A stretch of 64,000 nucleotides of DNA from Octopus bimaculoides. Taxonomy: Eukaryota. The stretch is taken from assembly GCF_001194135.2 (NCBI RefSeq), contig NC_068984.1, forward strand, positions 44,518,166 to 44,582,165. The letters are read 5' to 3'. The notes beneath the pieces were generated by a model that did no database searches, was not told the DNA's origin, and saw only the letters and a program-made list of their open reading frames with translations. How positions within the stretch are numbered: position 1 is the stretch's first letter; each line of letters opens with the position of its first letter. Both the position numbers and the translations under genes were made by a program. This document shows, one piece after another, positions 1 to 13,505 of the stretch.

Positions 1-99
1 ATCAGTTTTTAAACTTAAGGAAGTTTTCTGAAAGTTACATACATGCATGTATATTTGTTTACATGTTTGAAGGGTCCAGCAGTCACTGTTTTTTTTTTT

Positions 100-486
100 A
101 AGACCTGTTGAGGCAAGCGAAAGCGAAATGGTCATGGCACCTGTGCCCAGCATCGCCTTCCTGGCACTTGTGCCGGATGGCATCTGTAAAGACATTCAAG
201 TGAGATCGTTGCCAGTGCCGCCGAACTGGCTCCTGTGCAGGTGGCCCATAAAATACACCATTTTGAGCGTGACCGTTGCCAGTACTGCCTGACTGGCCTT
301 CGTGCCGGTGGCACATAAAAGCACCCACTACATTCTTGGAGTGGTTGGCGTTAGGAAGGGCATCCAGCTGTAGAAACTCTGCCAAATCAGATTGGAGCCT
401 GGTGTAGCCATCTGGTTTCACCAGTCCTCAGTCAAATCGTCCAACCCATGCTAGCATGGAAAGCGGACGTTAAACGACGATGATAT
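100..486 (+). mobile_element. RTE 3'-UTR-derived repeat with a GAT tail
   Basis: Shares gtggttggcgttaggaagggcatccagctgtagaaactctgcc...aaacgatgat with 7908-8279. Further copies at 38538-38698 (+), 51065-51370 (-), 53938-54140 (-) and 54142-54280 (+). Confidence 0.85.
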
Positions 487-807
487 CTAACCCTTGTATA
501 GTTACAAAATCACAGTCATAATGTCATAATATTACTGAATGTTATTTGAACCAACAAAGAAATCACAAGGTTATTCAACATGTTTGAAATAGCAACTAAA
601 TCTCCCACAAATAACACCTTTTTATTTTAATAAAAAAAAGCACTTTGTGAAAGTAATCCTGCATGCACTATGTGAGTATAATATATGGGACTGTCACTGC
701 TAGAATGTCTTCATCCTAAGTTTGCTTGATCGGAGCAGACATGGTACTAAAGAACAACAAGGAAGACTCAAGGCTATTGTTACACACACAAACAAATCAT
801 ATGGTAC

Positions 808-987
808 CTTCTGGTGTATCAATCTTTGATGGTAATTGAACAGTGAAACTGAGCCAGTCGACAGAGTCTAATGATGCCAAAGTTGGAGGAGCATTGCCGG
901 AATAGAACAACGATGATGTCACAGTTGTTGTTTGTGATGGTCCGGAAATTAAAGGGATGATGTATCCTTTGCCACCACCACCTCCAC
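808..987 (-). CDS. VPS13B: VPS13B coding exon 11; gene continues beyond the left edge
   Basis: SGGGGGKGYIIPLISGPSQT...DWLSFTVQLPS resembles VPS13B KLIPLLQGPSDT...DLMAFTIQVPQ. Acceptor tttatacag, donor G|GTACCA; 180 nt, phases 1/1. Confidence 0.88.
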
Positions 988-1279
988 CTGTATAAACAAA
1001 ACAAAAACAATACATTTAATGTTTCCACAAAATAACAACTACAGGACAGACAAAATAAACCTGAAGCTTAGTTATAAGTACTGTAGTATTAAAGAAATTA
1101 ATGATAAAACACCTAATATTGGAAGGGATACAAGTTTAATAACGGATAACATTTCCAAAAAGTAAAACAAAATCTGGTACCTTAGTATTTATGTGAGCTA
1201 AACTATATTAAATTCAGTTTCCTGTACATGGTCACAAACAAAATATTTACAAAAGGCCCTGATGTATTCTTTTCTACTC

Positions 1280-1470
1280 TAGGCACAAGGCCTGAAATTT
1301 TGGGGGACGGGGCCCGTTGATTAGATCGACCCCAGTACACAACTTAATTTATCAACCCCGAAAGGATGAAAGGCAAAGTCGACCTCGGCGGAATTTGAAC
1401 TCAGAACGTAAAGACAGACAAAATACCGCTAAGCATATTGCCCAGCATACTAATGTTCCTACCAGCTAAT
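1280..1470 (-). mobile_element. tRNA-derived SINE of the GGCGAGCTGGCAGAA / GTTCAAATTCC family, uninterrupted copy
   Basis: Contains the continuous gcttagcggtattttgtctg junction. Relatives at about 14287-14500, 51690-51905, 42980-43190 (-) and 60025-60215 (+). Confidence 0.85.
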
Positions 1471-2236
1471 GTCCTCAAGACTGCAACCCTCCTGAATACA
1501 CTCCCATCCATTGTTATACAAACATTCAAATAGAGCATCAACTACCTCAATATCAATTGTCTAGGATGGCCAACAAAGACCATGGATATTACCCTCCTCT
1601 TTTAATTTATTGAATTTTTAAAGAGTAGGATTTTTGTTTTTTGTGTGTCAGTCTAAGAAAGAAGGGTAACACCCATATTTTTAGGGCCTCCTTTAAGTAA
1701 AATTAGGGAGACTGATGTTGAGTTTGAAGATGAAAGATAGTTGGTTTATGACAATATATCTAAATGTCTAAAGAAAATGTTGCTAATAAGATTGTAATAT
1801 TTTAAACTAGTAATTCCATCTCAAGAGATGAATCTTTTTCTAATATTCATAAAAACAGTTTCCATTGGTCTGATTTCTAAATGTCATCCTTGTTTCATTC
1901 TTGAATGTGCACAGAATATCAGACTGATGGATAAGAATGTTTTCACCCTCAATTTCCTAATTCCAGTCCAGTCAGCAAATTTGAACACATAAGATAACTA
2001 ATGGTGAACAGAAATCAAACTGATTGAAACATAGAGCAAATGAAAATATCAAACAACATGTCATCTCTTAGGATGTGACTGACAAATTATAATACATAAA
2101 GTTATAAATCTGTTTCTTTTTATTTATATATTTTAGCATTAATTCAAGGCTTGAACTGCTGACCATTGGTATTTAACTAATGCACTCTAATTGCTCAATG
2201 ATTGCACCACTCAAAAGTTTAATTACAATTACTTAC

Positions 2237-2383
2237 TGTTAACATACATGACAGCTTGGATACTAGTTAGTGTTCCTGTGAAAGCATTTGCAGACGGCGT
2301 GAGGCAACATCTCATTTCAAATGTACCCAACGTCAGTTCAAATAATGGCAGGAATTTATAGGAACTGCTACTGCTATCATGCT
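2237..2383 (-). CDS. VPS13B: VPS13B coding exon 10 (too short for the ORF track)
   Basis: EHDSSSSSYKFLPLFELTLGTFEMRCCLTPSANAFTGTLTSIQAVMYVN. Acceptor tgattgcag, donor A|GTAAGT; 147 nt, phases 1/1. Confidence 0.85.
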
Positions 2384-2790
2384 CTGCAATCAAATACATT
2401 TCAAATTTCAGTTTGTTGATGAATTACCATTGAATATTACAAAATGTAAGCTGAGTCACACACACAAAGTTGCATTAGAGTAAAATCATGGAGAAAACTA
2501 CTTTCAGAATAAAGAGCTCTCAAAAATAAAATTCATCCACACAAAATAAAAACCAGCTAAGTGCTCCCCTAGGCACAAAAATCATGTTCTCTTCAATGAA
2601 GGGCTATGTTTGAAATGTCAGTAATTATATCGCTGCGTAGCATACTGACCTACAAAAACTTGACCTACAAACAACTTTCTCTCAAAGCAACTTGACCGAC
2701 AAACAACTTTCTCTCAAAACAAAAAGGACAATTTTACTGCCTACTAGTCAAGAAGAACATCAGAAAGCTTTGGGTGTTGCCCTGCTTTCA

Positions 2791-3016
2791 GTTTACTCTT
2801 TTACTCTTTTACTTGTTTCAGTCTTTTGACTGTGGCCATACTGGAGCACTGCCTTTAGTCGAGCAAATCGACACCAGGACTTATTCTTTGGAAGCCTAGT
2901 ACTTATTCTATCGGTCTCTTTTGCCGAACCGCTAAGTTATGGGGACGTAAACACACCAGAATCGGTTGTCAAGCGATGTTGGGGGGGTGGGACAAACACA
3001 GACACACAAACACATG

Positions 3017-3060
<44 letters not shown>

Positions 3061-3180
3061 TACGACAGGCATCTTTCAGTTTCCGTCTACCAAATCCACT
3101 CACAAGGCTTTGGTCGGCCCGAGGCCATAGTAGAAGACACTTGCCCAAGATGCCATGGTTGGTAAGCAAGCTACTCCTAC
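2791..3180 (-). mobile_element. Abundant tRNA-derived SINE with an internal (CA/TA)n tract
   Basis: Shared body ...ctaccaaatccactcacaaggctttggtcggcccgagg... Other copies at about 4991-5365, 9281-9745, 37190-37420, 50584-51001, 55216-55635 (+) and 63683-64000 (-). Confidence 0.85.
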
Positions 3181-3983
3181 GTCTAATTTGACAATGATAT
3201 TAACAGAAAAGATACCAGGATACACCAACCTACATGATATTGTTTAATATACATTTTATATCCCTACTACATTCATTAAGATCTATTTTTATCAGCCAAC
3301 AAATAAGTTTCCATAAATATTTCACAACTTGAATTCAAAACAATGTGTAAACCTGGACCATCATAAGTGCTAGATTCATGTATTATTTTCCCTGAGGATA
3401 CAAAATAACCTGGTGATTCAACTGCATCATAACTTAGAGAGATTCCCAATATCTTAACAGTAAGCCAAATTTCATTCAGGTTCTGTACAAAATCTTACAA
3501 CATCAGCTGAATGTTGCACAGAAGAGAGTATTATAAAAATTGTCAGCTAAAAACAATAAGCTACATTCAAACAAAAGTATGACTCTAAAATTCTAAAAAA
3601 AAGTCTACTGTATGGAAAACTGACAGATGACAACTGAAATAACAGGAACTCAAGAAAATACTAAACATTCTAAATGATACACTAAGGAGTCACTTAAATA
3701 ATCTCTACTTTGAAAATATAGTTATGAATCATATAATGCATCTTAACAGAGAATTATATACATCTCAAGGTGACATCATTTTTGAAAAAGTAAAATCACA
3801 GTATTCTACAAGCAAAGTTGCATAAGACATAGAAAGAGCTGTGCCAAAAAATTCTAAATACATGCCCCATAGTAGACTTTATGAGCGGCTAAGGCTGACT
3901 TTGTCGCACATATTTAAAGATGGAAAAACAAAGTTCTAAAAAAAAAAACAGGTGTTAAAACATAAATGATAAAAGCAAAAAAC

Positions 3984-4165
3984 CTTTGTATTGTGCCATA
4001 TCTTGGAACAAAGTGTCAGAAGCTTCTGAAGAGGCTGCATTTGGTTTCTTCTCAAGCCACGTCTTCCAGATGTTGAAAACAAAATGTACATGTGCCTTCT
4101 TAATGCTGAGACTAAATTGAGGAACTTCAACCATATATTCAACAGATGGTAAATAAGGATTCTTC
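3984..4165 (-). CDS. VPS13B: VPS13B coding exon 9
   Basis: KNPYLPSVEYMVEVPQFSLSIKKAHVHFVFNIWKTW. Acceptor cattttcag; weak donor G|GTTTTT; 182 nt, phases 2/1, which fit both neighbours. Confidence 0.83.
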
Positions 4166-4329
4166 CTGAAAATGGATAAAATGGACAAGTAAATAAATCT
4201 GGAAGCACATATCATATTCCTAGTAATCCAACCTCTTAAAAGGTTACACAAATTACAAAAACTAAATTTGTGATTTCTAGATAAAAAAAAATTGAAGTCT
4301 TGAAATTAGTTATCTTTCCAATTTCAAAA

Positions 4330-4373
<44 letters not shown>

Positions 4374-4394
4374 CCTTTCTCTCTCTCTTTCCCA

Positions 4395-4426
<32 letters not shown>

Positions 4427-4806
4427 TTCTCTCTCATTACCATTTCTGATTTAAAAACTTGATTTGCATAAATAATTTAATATTCAGACCCACTGTGAAG
4501 AGTTCCAACTAAGATCAAAATACATATAATTGGAATTTTATGATTTTAACTATCTTCATTACTTTGAGATGATAGATTAGACACAATTAAATACCTGAAT
4601 CTTAAAAATTACAGCTCTGAAGTAACTATGTTTAACGTATCTCTTCACAAAATAGTAAAAGGGACAGACCAATTAAAATAACACTCACAGAAAGAAGTTT
4701 TGGAAGTTTTAAAAGAAATGAAACAGAAAATAACATTTATAACTTTATTGGGTAGAGAAATGGAGACAGAGAAGAAAAAGCAGAAAGAATTAAAAAAAGA
4801 ACAAAC

Positions 4807-4931
4807 CAGTTTTCTGGAAAAAGCAGTGACTTCTTGTAAACAGATCCACTACAAGGGGAAATAATTGTTTCAGTATGAGATGGCTTGCCAGTTTTGTCAA
4901 TGTTCAAAAGACCCACAGATAAACCAAACAA
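4807..4931 (-). CDS. VPS13B: VPS13B coding exon 8
   Basis: LFGLSVGLLNIDKTGKPSHTETIISPCSGSVYKKSLLFPENW resembles VPS13B IFGFQAGLTSLD...LYGKLLKLPTCW. Acceptor ctgttttag, donor TG|GTTTGT; 125 nt, phases 0/2. Confidence 0.87.
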
Positions 4932-5920
4932 CTAAAACAGAAAAAGAAACATTATAAAGTAAAGTTTTAAAGAAAATTTTGTATTTGCAAACATGAATGT
5001 GTGATTAAGATGTTTGCTTCCCAACTCCATGGTTTAGAGTTCAGTGCCCCTGTGTGGGCAAATGTCTTTACCTCAGGCATTGTCTTCTAAAGCCCCATGC
5101 CAGCCAAAGCCTTGTGAGTGGATTTGGTAGACAGAAACTGAAAGGAGCCCATTGTATATGTGAGTATGTGTTTGTCCTTGTCTTGACTTTGTGCAATAAT
5201 TGTAAGCAAGCATCAATGCTACAGAACAAGTGTCTTTTGTTTCTAATCTTCCATGGAACACGATTGGTTACAGGAAAACATTACCTTACTTGGTAACAGA
5301 TAAATATTGGCAACAGAAAAGACAAATTCCATTGGATCCATGCAAGCATAAAAAGTGAGCATCAAAATGCTGCTGTTACTGATAAGATAAGTTGCAACAC
5401 ACTCACTTGCAACACACCTTGAATCAAACAACAAAATGCACAGATTAACGCACACATTCTTTCTTTTTGTATTCTTCCCTTTTCCTGCAGTACATGCTCT
5501 TTTTGTATGGAAGTAAGAGATTATTCAATTACAGGAGCAAATGTTTTTTCTTTGGAATATACCACTTCACCACAAAAACGGGTTAAGGGCTTGTTTTCCT
5601 TTTGTTTAGTATAACAACTGGAGCACAATGGGTTATTCATGCACCTTGCTCAAAAACTTAACACAATGACAATAGTAAGATATGAACTTATGACTAAGTA
5701 GTCAATAGTCCAGCAGCCTAACTGCAGTCATTGTGCCTCAGATTTTACATATATTAATCCATGTGGATCACAAACAGCACTTCAGTAATATACCTCATTA
5801 AAAGGAATAAGAAACCTAATGTTAAATCTCCACTTAAAATTGCTGCATAACTAAATAACTGCACATAAAGAATGGTAGAAGATGTTAGCAATTAACAAAT
5901 AAAAAGTTTATCATATTTAC

Positions 5921-6112
5921 CCTTAGTTGCATGTGTGTGTAACAATTATGCATGAGCTGACTAGAAGGTCCAGCTAGTTTACTGACCAGTCGGACAACGT
6001 GCTGAGGATACATAGCTTGATAAAACTGTAACTCAAAACGGGAAGCTGACACTACTACAGCTGGCAGTGAACATGGAGTTGATGACATCTCAGTAGACCG
6101 TTTGGTGCTAGT
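5921..6112 (-). CDS. VPS13B: VPS13B coding exon 7
   Basis: ...AMYPQHVVRLVSKLAGPSSQLMHNCYTHMQLR resembles VPS13B PMYAEQLVHVVSSLTQPSDNLLHYCYVH. Acceptor aattacag, donor AGG|GTAAAT; 192 nt, phases 0/0. Confidence 0.9.
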
Positions 6113-7629
6113 CTGTAATTCAGAATCAAAATATTAAGTTGAAAACAACACAGGAAAAGAGACGATATATAAGGCTATAATTTTTGAGAATATTAACCTC
6201 ATCCTAGAGTTGAAAAATGTTTCCAAAACTTACATTTGCACTAGGTCTAAATCATGAAACATGCGTTTACACAAGATGCACTTGATAAATGAAATTAGTT
6301 GACTGCAGGGACTGGTCTTCTCAGTCATAAAAAATACCAGCATTACCCAAAAAAAATAGGAAAAGAAGAACAAAATACTTGGATCTCAGAATAGATTACA
6401 ACGTTTCAGCTAGAGATGAAACTCATCGAAATGTAGTGTAAATGTAAACATTTTTTTAAATGTTTATTTCTAATAGATGAGGTTAATAGCTTGAAAATAT
6501 AATTGTTTTAAAAAACAACTCATCCCACACAGTTAGACATTTAAAAACATGTATTTGAGAAAATGACTGGATATCAAAAGCACTTATAGCACAGGTATGT
6601 CATGCTAGAGTGCAAAGTGAGATATAAAGCACACATGGTAAAGATGTAACAGACATATGGTAAGTATTTGCTTTATGCACATGATAACACAGATTCGATA
6701 GAAATGAAAATATTCTGTTTCTGACCAATCTAATATATACCATGATGTGCATGTGGTAGAGTATCAGATAAAATGTTTCACAGATAAAATGTTTCATCAG
6801 ATAAAATGTTTACTTGTCAACATTCTCACTAGGGTCTACTTCTGCTTTTCCATTCATTCCTAGTCCATTAAAATTTTGTAACCTTTTACCAAATGAAAAG
6901 AAATTACTACTAATATTTCTTGCATAGTAGGAGGAAATTTTGCATCCTTCACACTTGTTCTTGAAGACCTCCTCTTTGTCATGGCCTGTTGCTGATCTGA
7001 TCAGTGGTGATCAACTTCATTACTGATTCATGATTGACCCTGATGGATGAAAGGTCAAGCTGACCTCAGGGGTATTGAACTCAGAATGCTAAACAGTATG
7101 ACTAAATAGATACAAGATATTTTGTCCAACATTTTAAAATTCTGCTAATGAATATATTTATAGTTATTATGGATGACAGAATTAATGTTGCAACTCACTT
7201 GCCACATGAAATACTTTGATATTTAACATGAGACATATAGAAATATCTTAACTAAACTTTTCTTTTAAATCAACATACATATATAAATACTAATACATAT
7301 TAAATCACAATTTATTTTGCATTAAATTAAATATATATATATAACAATAAAAGAAGTGCATAAATTTCCTGTTCAAATTTTTTCAGGGCTTTGAATCTTA
7401 TTTTTTAATGTAGATGCAAGTTTTCTATAAAAATAATAAAGATAATAAGGCTAAACAAATGAAAGTGAGATGCTTAAAACTATGAATATATTATATTTGA
7501 ATGTAAGCTTTTGTTCAGTGGTGTTCAACCATCCCATCTTTGTTAACGATATAAATGCATCCAGACTATATTAACCTAGATATATACATACACATATGTA
7601 TACACCCGCAGTACAAATGGGGTGGATCT

Positions 7630-8279
7630 ATAGAGAGAGGGAAGCTGAACATTAGAAGCATCAGTTGTGGCGTGCAAGAGAGACGATTGCGCTGGTATGG
7701 ACATGTGGTGAGAATGGAGGAGGATAGCTGCGTGAAAAAGTGCCACACCCTAACAGTTGAGGGAACCCGTGGAAGAGGTAGGCCCAGGAAGACCTGGGCT
7801 GAGGTGGTGAGGCAAGACCTTCGTACATTGGGCCTCACCGAGGCGATGACTACTGACCGAGACCTTTGGAAATGTGCTGTGCGTGAGAAGACCCGGCAAG
7901 CCAAGTAAGATCGTTGCCAGTGCCCCTGGACTGGTTCTTGTGCGGGTGGCACATGAGATNNNNNNNNNNNNNNNNNNNNNNNNNNNNNNNNNNNNNNNNN
8001 NNNNNNNNNNNNNNNNNNNNNNNNNNNNNNNNNNNNNNNNNNNNNNNNNNNNNNNNNNNNNNNTCGAGCGTGGCCGTTTTCGTGCGGGTGACACGCAAAA
8101 GCACCCACTACACTCTGAGTGGTTGGCGTTAGAAAGGGCATCCAGCTGTAGAAACTCTGCCAAATCAGACTGGAGCCTGGTGTTGCCATCCGGTTTCACC
8201 AGTCCTCAGTCAAATCGTCCAACCCATGCTGGCGTGGAAAGCGGACGTTAAACGATGATGATGATGATGATGATGATGA
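7630..8279 (+). mobile_element. RTE-clade LINE 3' end (5'-truncated) with 3' UTR and (GAT)n tail
   Basis: RRLRWYGHVVRME...VEGTRGRGRPRKTW...DRDLW..AV motif, stop at 7908, and a tail ending aaacgatgatgat. Confidence 0.92.
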
Positions 8280-9016
8280 TGTATATTTATATATATATAT
8301 ATATATATATGTCTGTGTCTCATTCTTTTTCTAAGGTTGAGGGTGTGTGATTTGAAAGAGACCATCATTATTGTTCTCATCATCATTTAACAAATGTTTT
8401 CTATGCATGAGTTAGATGGTTTGACAGTATCTGATGAGCTGTAAGGTTACATTGATCTCCAATGTCAGCTTTGGCATGGTTCCTACTGCTGGATGCCTTT
8501 CCAAATGTCTACCACTTTCCAGTGTGGGCTAGGTGCCTTTTGCCTGCTGTCAGTACTAGTGAGGTCACCATGTAACATGCAAGACAAAATAGTAGAGTAG
8601 AAGGAAAAGAAAAATAATAAAGGGAAAGAAGTCTCCTAGACTAAGCAGGAGGAAAGGATATTGAGGTGGTTGTATGTAAGATGGTGAGGCCCTAAAAAGT
8701 ATGATAGCGGACAGCGCTGGTGCCTTGCTATAGAAGAGATACATGGCTATCCCATATTATATAAGAGTAGGTGGGAGTAGCTGGAAAGAAGACAAGGTGG
8801 TGACTTGATGCCAGAGCATCTCTAGATACAAGGTAGAGTGAAAGGAGAATAGCAGATGGTCAGAAATGGGGGTTGAAGTGTGAGTGACCATGTTGTGGCC
8901 TCTAGTGTAGTGTGTGTTGTGAAGAGAAGACTAAAGATATATGTTAGTATATTTAGTTACATCTCTTACATTAACTGTGCACACAGATGTTTTATTACAA
9001 AAATACTTCTACTCAC

Positions 9017-9195
9017 CCGGCTACTTCTTGTCGTTTGACGTTTGTGCTTTTGGATAGTTTTCTGGGGGTGCTCAGCTGCAAAAATATATATCTTTGGCTC
9101 CAACACAGTTACATTGTATGTTCTGATAGGTGTATACTCCTCAAGGTGCTTTACTTGGTCCACCGTCGGCAAAGGACTGTTGTCATTGAGCAATT
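9017..9195 (-). CDS. VPS13B: VPS13B coding exon 6
   Basis: ...VKHLEEYTPIRTYNVTVL resembles VPS13B VALLEEYIPTRHTSVTLL. Acceptor tttgatcag, donor CGG|GTGAGT; 179 nt, phases 1/0. Confidence 0.9.
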
Positions 9196-11504
9196 CTGAT
9201 CAAAGTGAGCAAGATAAATTTAAACCAATAAAAAAAATGCAGAGATATTTTCAGTACATATAAAGTATACAATAGACAAGGCAAAGACATGGCTGTGTAG
9301 TTAAAAAGTTTGTTTCCCAACTATATGGTTTCAGGTTCAGTCCTTCTGCACAGGCCTTTAAACCTTAGGTGTAGATTTGTTCGATGGAAATTGAAAGAAG
9401 CCATATATATAACATGTGTGGTATTTTATGCATTATAAAACATACATGCATTTCATCAAATTACTTTGAAGATAACATAATTTCATATATACATATATAC
9501 ATATATTTATATATATATACGGTGTGGTGGAGTTTGTGTGTCCTCTTGTGTTGACATCATTTGATGATTGTAAATGAGTGCTATTGTCACACAAGTGATG
9601 TCATTCATTTCCATTCGTCTGTGAAAAACATGTATGGCCATGGGAAAATAGAACCTTACTTGGAAACAGGTGATGGTTAGTAACAGGAAGGGCATCTGGT
9701 CATAGAAAATCTATCTCAACTCAAACCATGCAAATATGGAAAAGTGGACAGTAACTGATGATGATGAGGAGGACAATGATGATGATTGAAAAGTACAATG
9801 AGTGGCAAGCCTAACACACCACCTGGTACTTGAGTGTGTTTAGAAGAGTTTATTTTGTTGCAATAATTTCAAATATACACTTGGTTCTCTTCCTGCTCAT
9901 GTTTTTCAGTGAATATTGACTTGCTAATGAGCACAGTCACACTAATCTCGGGAGCCTGGAAGGGCTTGAAAAAATACAACCATGACAAATATATGAAAAC
10001 AAATAATGGCTGTAAATTTAAGATTCTAGACATGTTGATCAAAAGGTTATGGATTCAAACTACAGTTAGTGTGCTATGTCCCTAAACAAGATAAATTTAT
10101 CAGCCTTATGACAGACAAACAAATTCCATGCATACTTCCCAAATAAACGATTAGTGCTAAGAACGACATCTTATTGTAAAAAATAATTGCTTCCACAATA
10201 TGCAATGCCCAAATTTTCAAAAACAAAAAATGTTTCATTTATACTGTCTAGAAGAAATATAACAGAAACTGTAAAAAGAAAATGTTATCTACAGTAGATA
10301 TTACAGAGTTTGTAATTCTAAAACAAAATTTTCAAAATGGAAAAAAAGTTGGTTGATTTTTCTGGACAGGCAAACATATATTCCTTATTAAAATAGTTAT
10401 GAGAAAGCAAAAGGTCCCAAGGGTAGGATGAGAGAATAAAACTGTAATTCTGCAAAAAGATTGGGAGATGGTTGTGACTGAAATGTTTTTCAAAATGTTG
10501 AGCATTAAGGAACACAGACAGCATGTCTTCCTTTAAGAAATAGCAGCTAAACCCCAATTTGAAATTAAATTTTTTGTTAATTCATACTACGCTATCTCCA
10601 TGAAAAGATCATTCATAGTTATTGGTATATTTTTGAGGGATAAAATGTTATTAAATTTCATTAACATAATTGTAACTATAACTTAAAACTTAATTCTAAC
10701 CAATATCCCTAAATTCTAACTCTAAACCCCAATCCTAAATCCAAACTTCTAAATACTAACCCTAACTCTCATAACTTTATTTACTCATAATTTATTTAAT
10801 AATGCATATTTTAGAACAAAGAAGTCAACCAATTTATTTCCCAATCTGAAAATTTTATGTTTTACAGCTTAAACCCCCATATATTTATATGCAACTACAA
10901 GACTTTATAACCTAAACACTTCAGTTTCAAATAGTTCTTTCTACCTGACTGTAAATAATTCAAAAGAATAGAAACAGTTCACTCTTGCAAGCATTGTAAA
11001 ACTGACTCTTCCACAAGGTATAGCTTGCAGTAGTATGAACTCCATTAAATTGAACTGACTGAATATTTCATGTGAATTCTTCAAAGGTTATTTTATGACT
11101 GATCGGATAATGAGAATTACCACAGAGTTTATAAATGTGCAATAAAAGTATATTTGTAATCCATTGTATCTGTGAAACTGTGCAGAGCAATAACTAAGAC
11201 TTCAATCATTTATACATAACAAATAACCACAAGCAATTGAAGAGAGCCTCTGCATAGTCAATCAACTTGCCAGAAATATCACATAACTCATAATCTATCA
11301 TCTTAAAAATAGCTCACACTGAATAAAGTAGTCTTAAATACACTATACTTGAATAAAAGACATAGCAGTCATGGCTGGAGTCTTTAATCATAAGTCTGGA
11401 CAATCTAAGTTGAATTAGAGTTAAACAATAACAAGCAGTAGTCTAATCTTTTATGGAAATAAAACAGAATGATGAAGAACTGAAGCAAACAATTGTTAAA
11501 GTAC

Positions 11505-11696
11505 CTGTTTTCGGAAGACTGTAAGGCTCGTATTCATGGTCAGTGGCACAATAAAACACTTTCTGTAAACGATGGACAAAAGAACTGGATACATTGACAA
11601 TAACAGAACCCAACAGAAATGTCAGCAGGGCATTCTCACGGATGTTGGCTACATTTTCTGTACTGTTGGCATCACTAGATGTTGAAGATTTGCTAC
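11505..11696 (-). CDS. VPS13B: VPS13B coding exon 5
   Basis: ...SSSFVHRLQKVFYCATDHEYEPYS resembles VPS13B SSAVHRILKMIVCALEHEYEPYS. Acceptor ttattgtag, donor G|GTACTT; 192 nt, phases 1/1. Confidence 0.93.
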
Positions 11697-12129
11697 CTAC
11701 AATAACAATGAAAGAAATCAATGCTTGATGAATCCATTAACAGTTATTTTATTATATTTTATAATTATATAACATATATCAGCAAAAACATGAAAACATC
11801 AGCAAGACAACTCATAAACCAATGCTTTCAGCCAAAAATACCTTATGATATTTATCTGCATGAGATGCACAGATATTCCCTTCTCACTTTTGCTCTCAGA
11901 AATACAGTGAATTAGTGGATGAAACTTCTAACAAACAAAATGAGACATAAACTAATCAAATAACTATTACCAGCTTAATGTTGATCTAACAGCTAATTCC
12001 TGTGTTTTCCTTGAAATATGTACGTATATTGGGTCATCCCATAAATAATGAGGTTTTTTTTTATATTTCTTTTATTTTTCAAAACTAAAATAAACAATGT
12101 TCTTTTTTAATCTGAAATATACTCTCCTT

Positions 12130-12720
12130 CATTTTCTACAATGCTTTTCCATCTATGTGGTAGACTTGCAAGGCCTCTCTTCCAAAATTCACTTATCCGT
12201 GACGAAAAATATTCTTCCGGTACCATTCTGACCAGCAGAGGTATGAGCTTTCTGAACTTTCCCCAGGCTATTCTTATTCTAGCAGCTATGCTCTCAGAAC
12301 CCCCACCACCACCACAAATGACTTGGTCACCTAGGTAACGGAAGCCATCAACTACTTCTAGTTTTTACCCCTGGCATGTGATTTAATGTTTTCTGAACAT
12401 CTTCAGTGTTTATTGCCCCTGTGTATCTGCCACACAAAAAAACTATCTTCCCAGTTAGTCTTCCTTTGATATTACTGCACCTCTTATGTGTCCATAGCTT
12501 ACACTGTGTACATCTTATGGAGTTTCTACATACACCTTTTCTACAGATCAAGCAGGGCCATCTACCTGTGATTTGTCTGCCTTCCTACTTAGTAAGATTT
12601 TGGCTTTTGCTAGATTGACTTTAAATTCCTTCAATTCCAGATCTTGCTTTCACACCTGATACTTCTCTAGTTCTGGTAGTAACTCAGCTACCAGAGCAAG
12701 GTCATCAGCATAGAGGAGCT
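12130..12720 (-). mobile_element. RTE-clade LINE RT fragment, decayed
   Basis: ELLYADDLAL, a Cys-rich C..CKLWTHKRCS insert and DGFRYLGD; frameshifted. Confidence 0.85.
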
Positions 12721-13149
12721 ACTTACCACACAGCCACTCCTACGCCAGTGTCGTCTGTAATTTCTATAGAAAATCTGTAGAGATAACCCTAACAAGTGAT
12801 TTAATAGCACTGCTAACACAGCATGACATGGTATTGACTTATAAAAATGTTTAATATACTTTGTGGTATATTATGGTTGCATAACAAAATACTATGTCCC
12901 TACAAGTCATTAATCTTTCTTTACTGGGATTCTGTAGACCTGTTTTTTATCTGTGCTCACTGATAACATGAATTAACACCGAAGAATAATAGTCGTTAAC
13001 CGTTCACTGATAGTGTGAAGCAACATTCAGTAATTGTAGGTTGTTCACTGATAACACATGGAAGAACATTTTCACAAACAAAAAGTTTGGTTTCAGTCAG
13101 TTAATGGTTTAGACAATAAAGCTGTTCCCTAATACTATATAGACTCACA

Positions 13150-13505
13150 GTGGAGGCGCAATGGCCCAGTGGTTAGGGCAGCGGACTCGCGGTTTCGATT
13201 CCCAGACCGGGTGTTGTGAGTGTTTATTGAGTGAAAACACCTAAAGCTCCACGATGGTGGCGAACCCTGCTGTACTCTTTCACCACAACTTTCTCTCACT
13301 CTTACTTCCTGTTTCTGTTGTGCCTGTAATTCAAAGGGTCAGCCTTGTCACACTGTGTCACGCTGAATATCCTCAAGAACTACATTAAGGGTACACATGT
13401 CTGTGGAGTGCTCAGCCACTTGCACGTTAATTTCATGAGCAGGCTGTTCCGTTGATCGGATCAACTGGAACCCTCGACGTCGTAAAGCGACGGAGTGCCA
13501 ACAAC
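13150..13505 (+). mobile_element. tRNA-headed SINE with an 11-bp TSD
   Basis: Head GGCCCAGTGGTTAG...GTTTCGATTCC. TSD ATAGACTCACA at 13139-13149 and 13506-13516. Confidence 0.9.

Noticed and set aside
6385-6440. Hammerhead-like CGATGAG...GAAAC on the minus strand
   Set aside because: The core is wrong, I could not build stems I and III, and there is no associated Penelope sequence.
13150-13215. Possible tRNA gene (also near 18780-18833, 42700-42745 and 46400-46460)
   Set aside because: The A/B boxes run directly into SINE bodies, there is no complete cloverleaf, and one copy has a TSD around the whole SINE.
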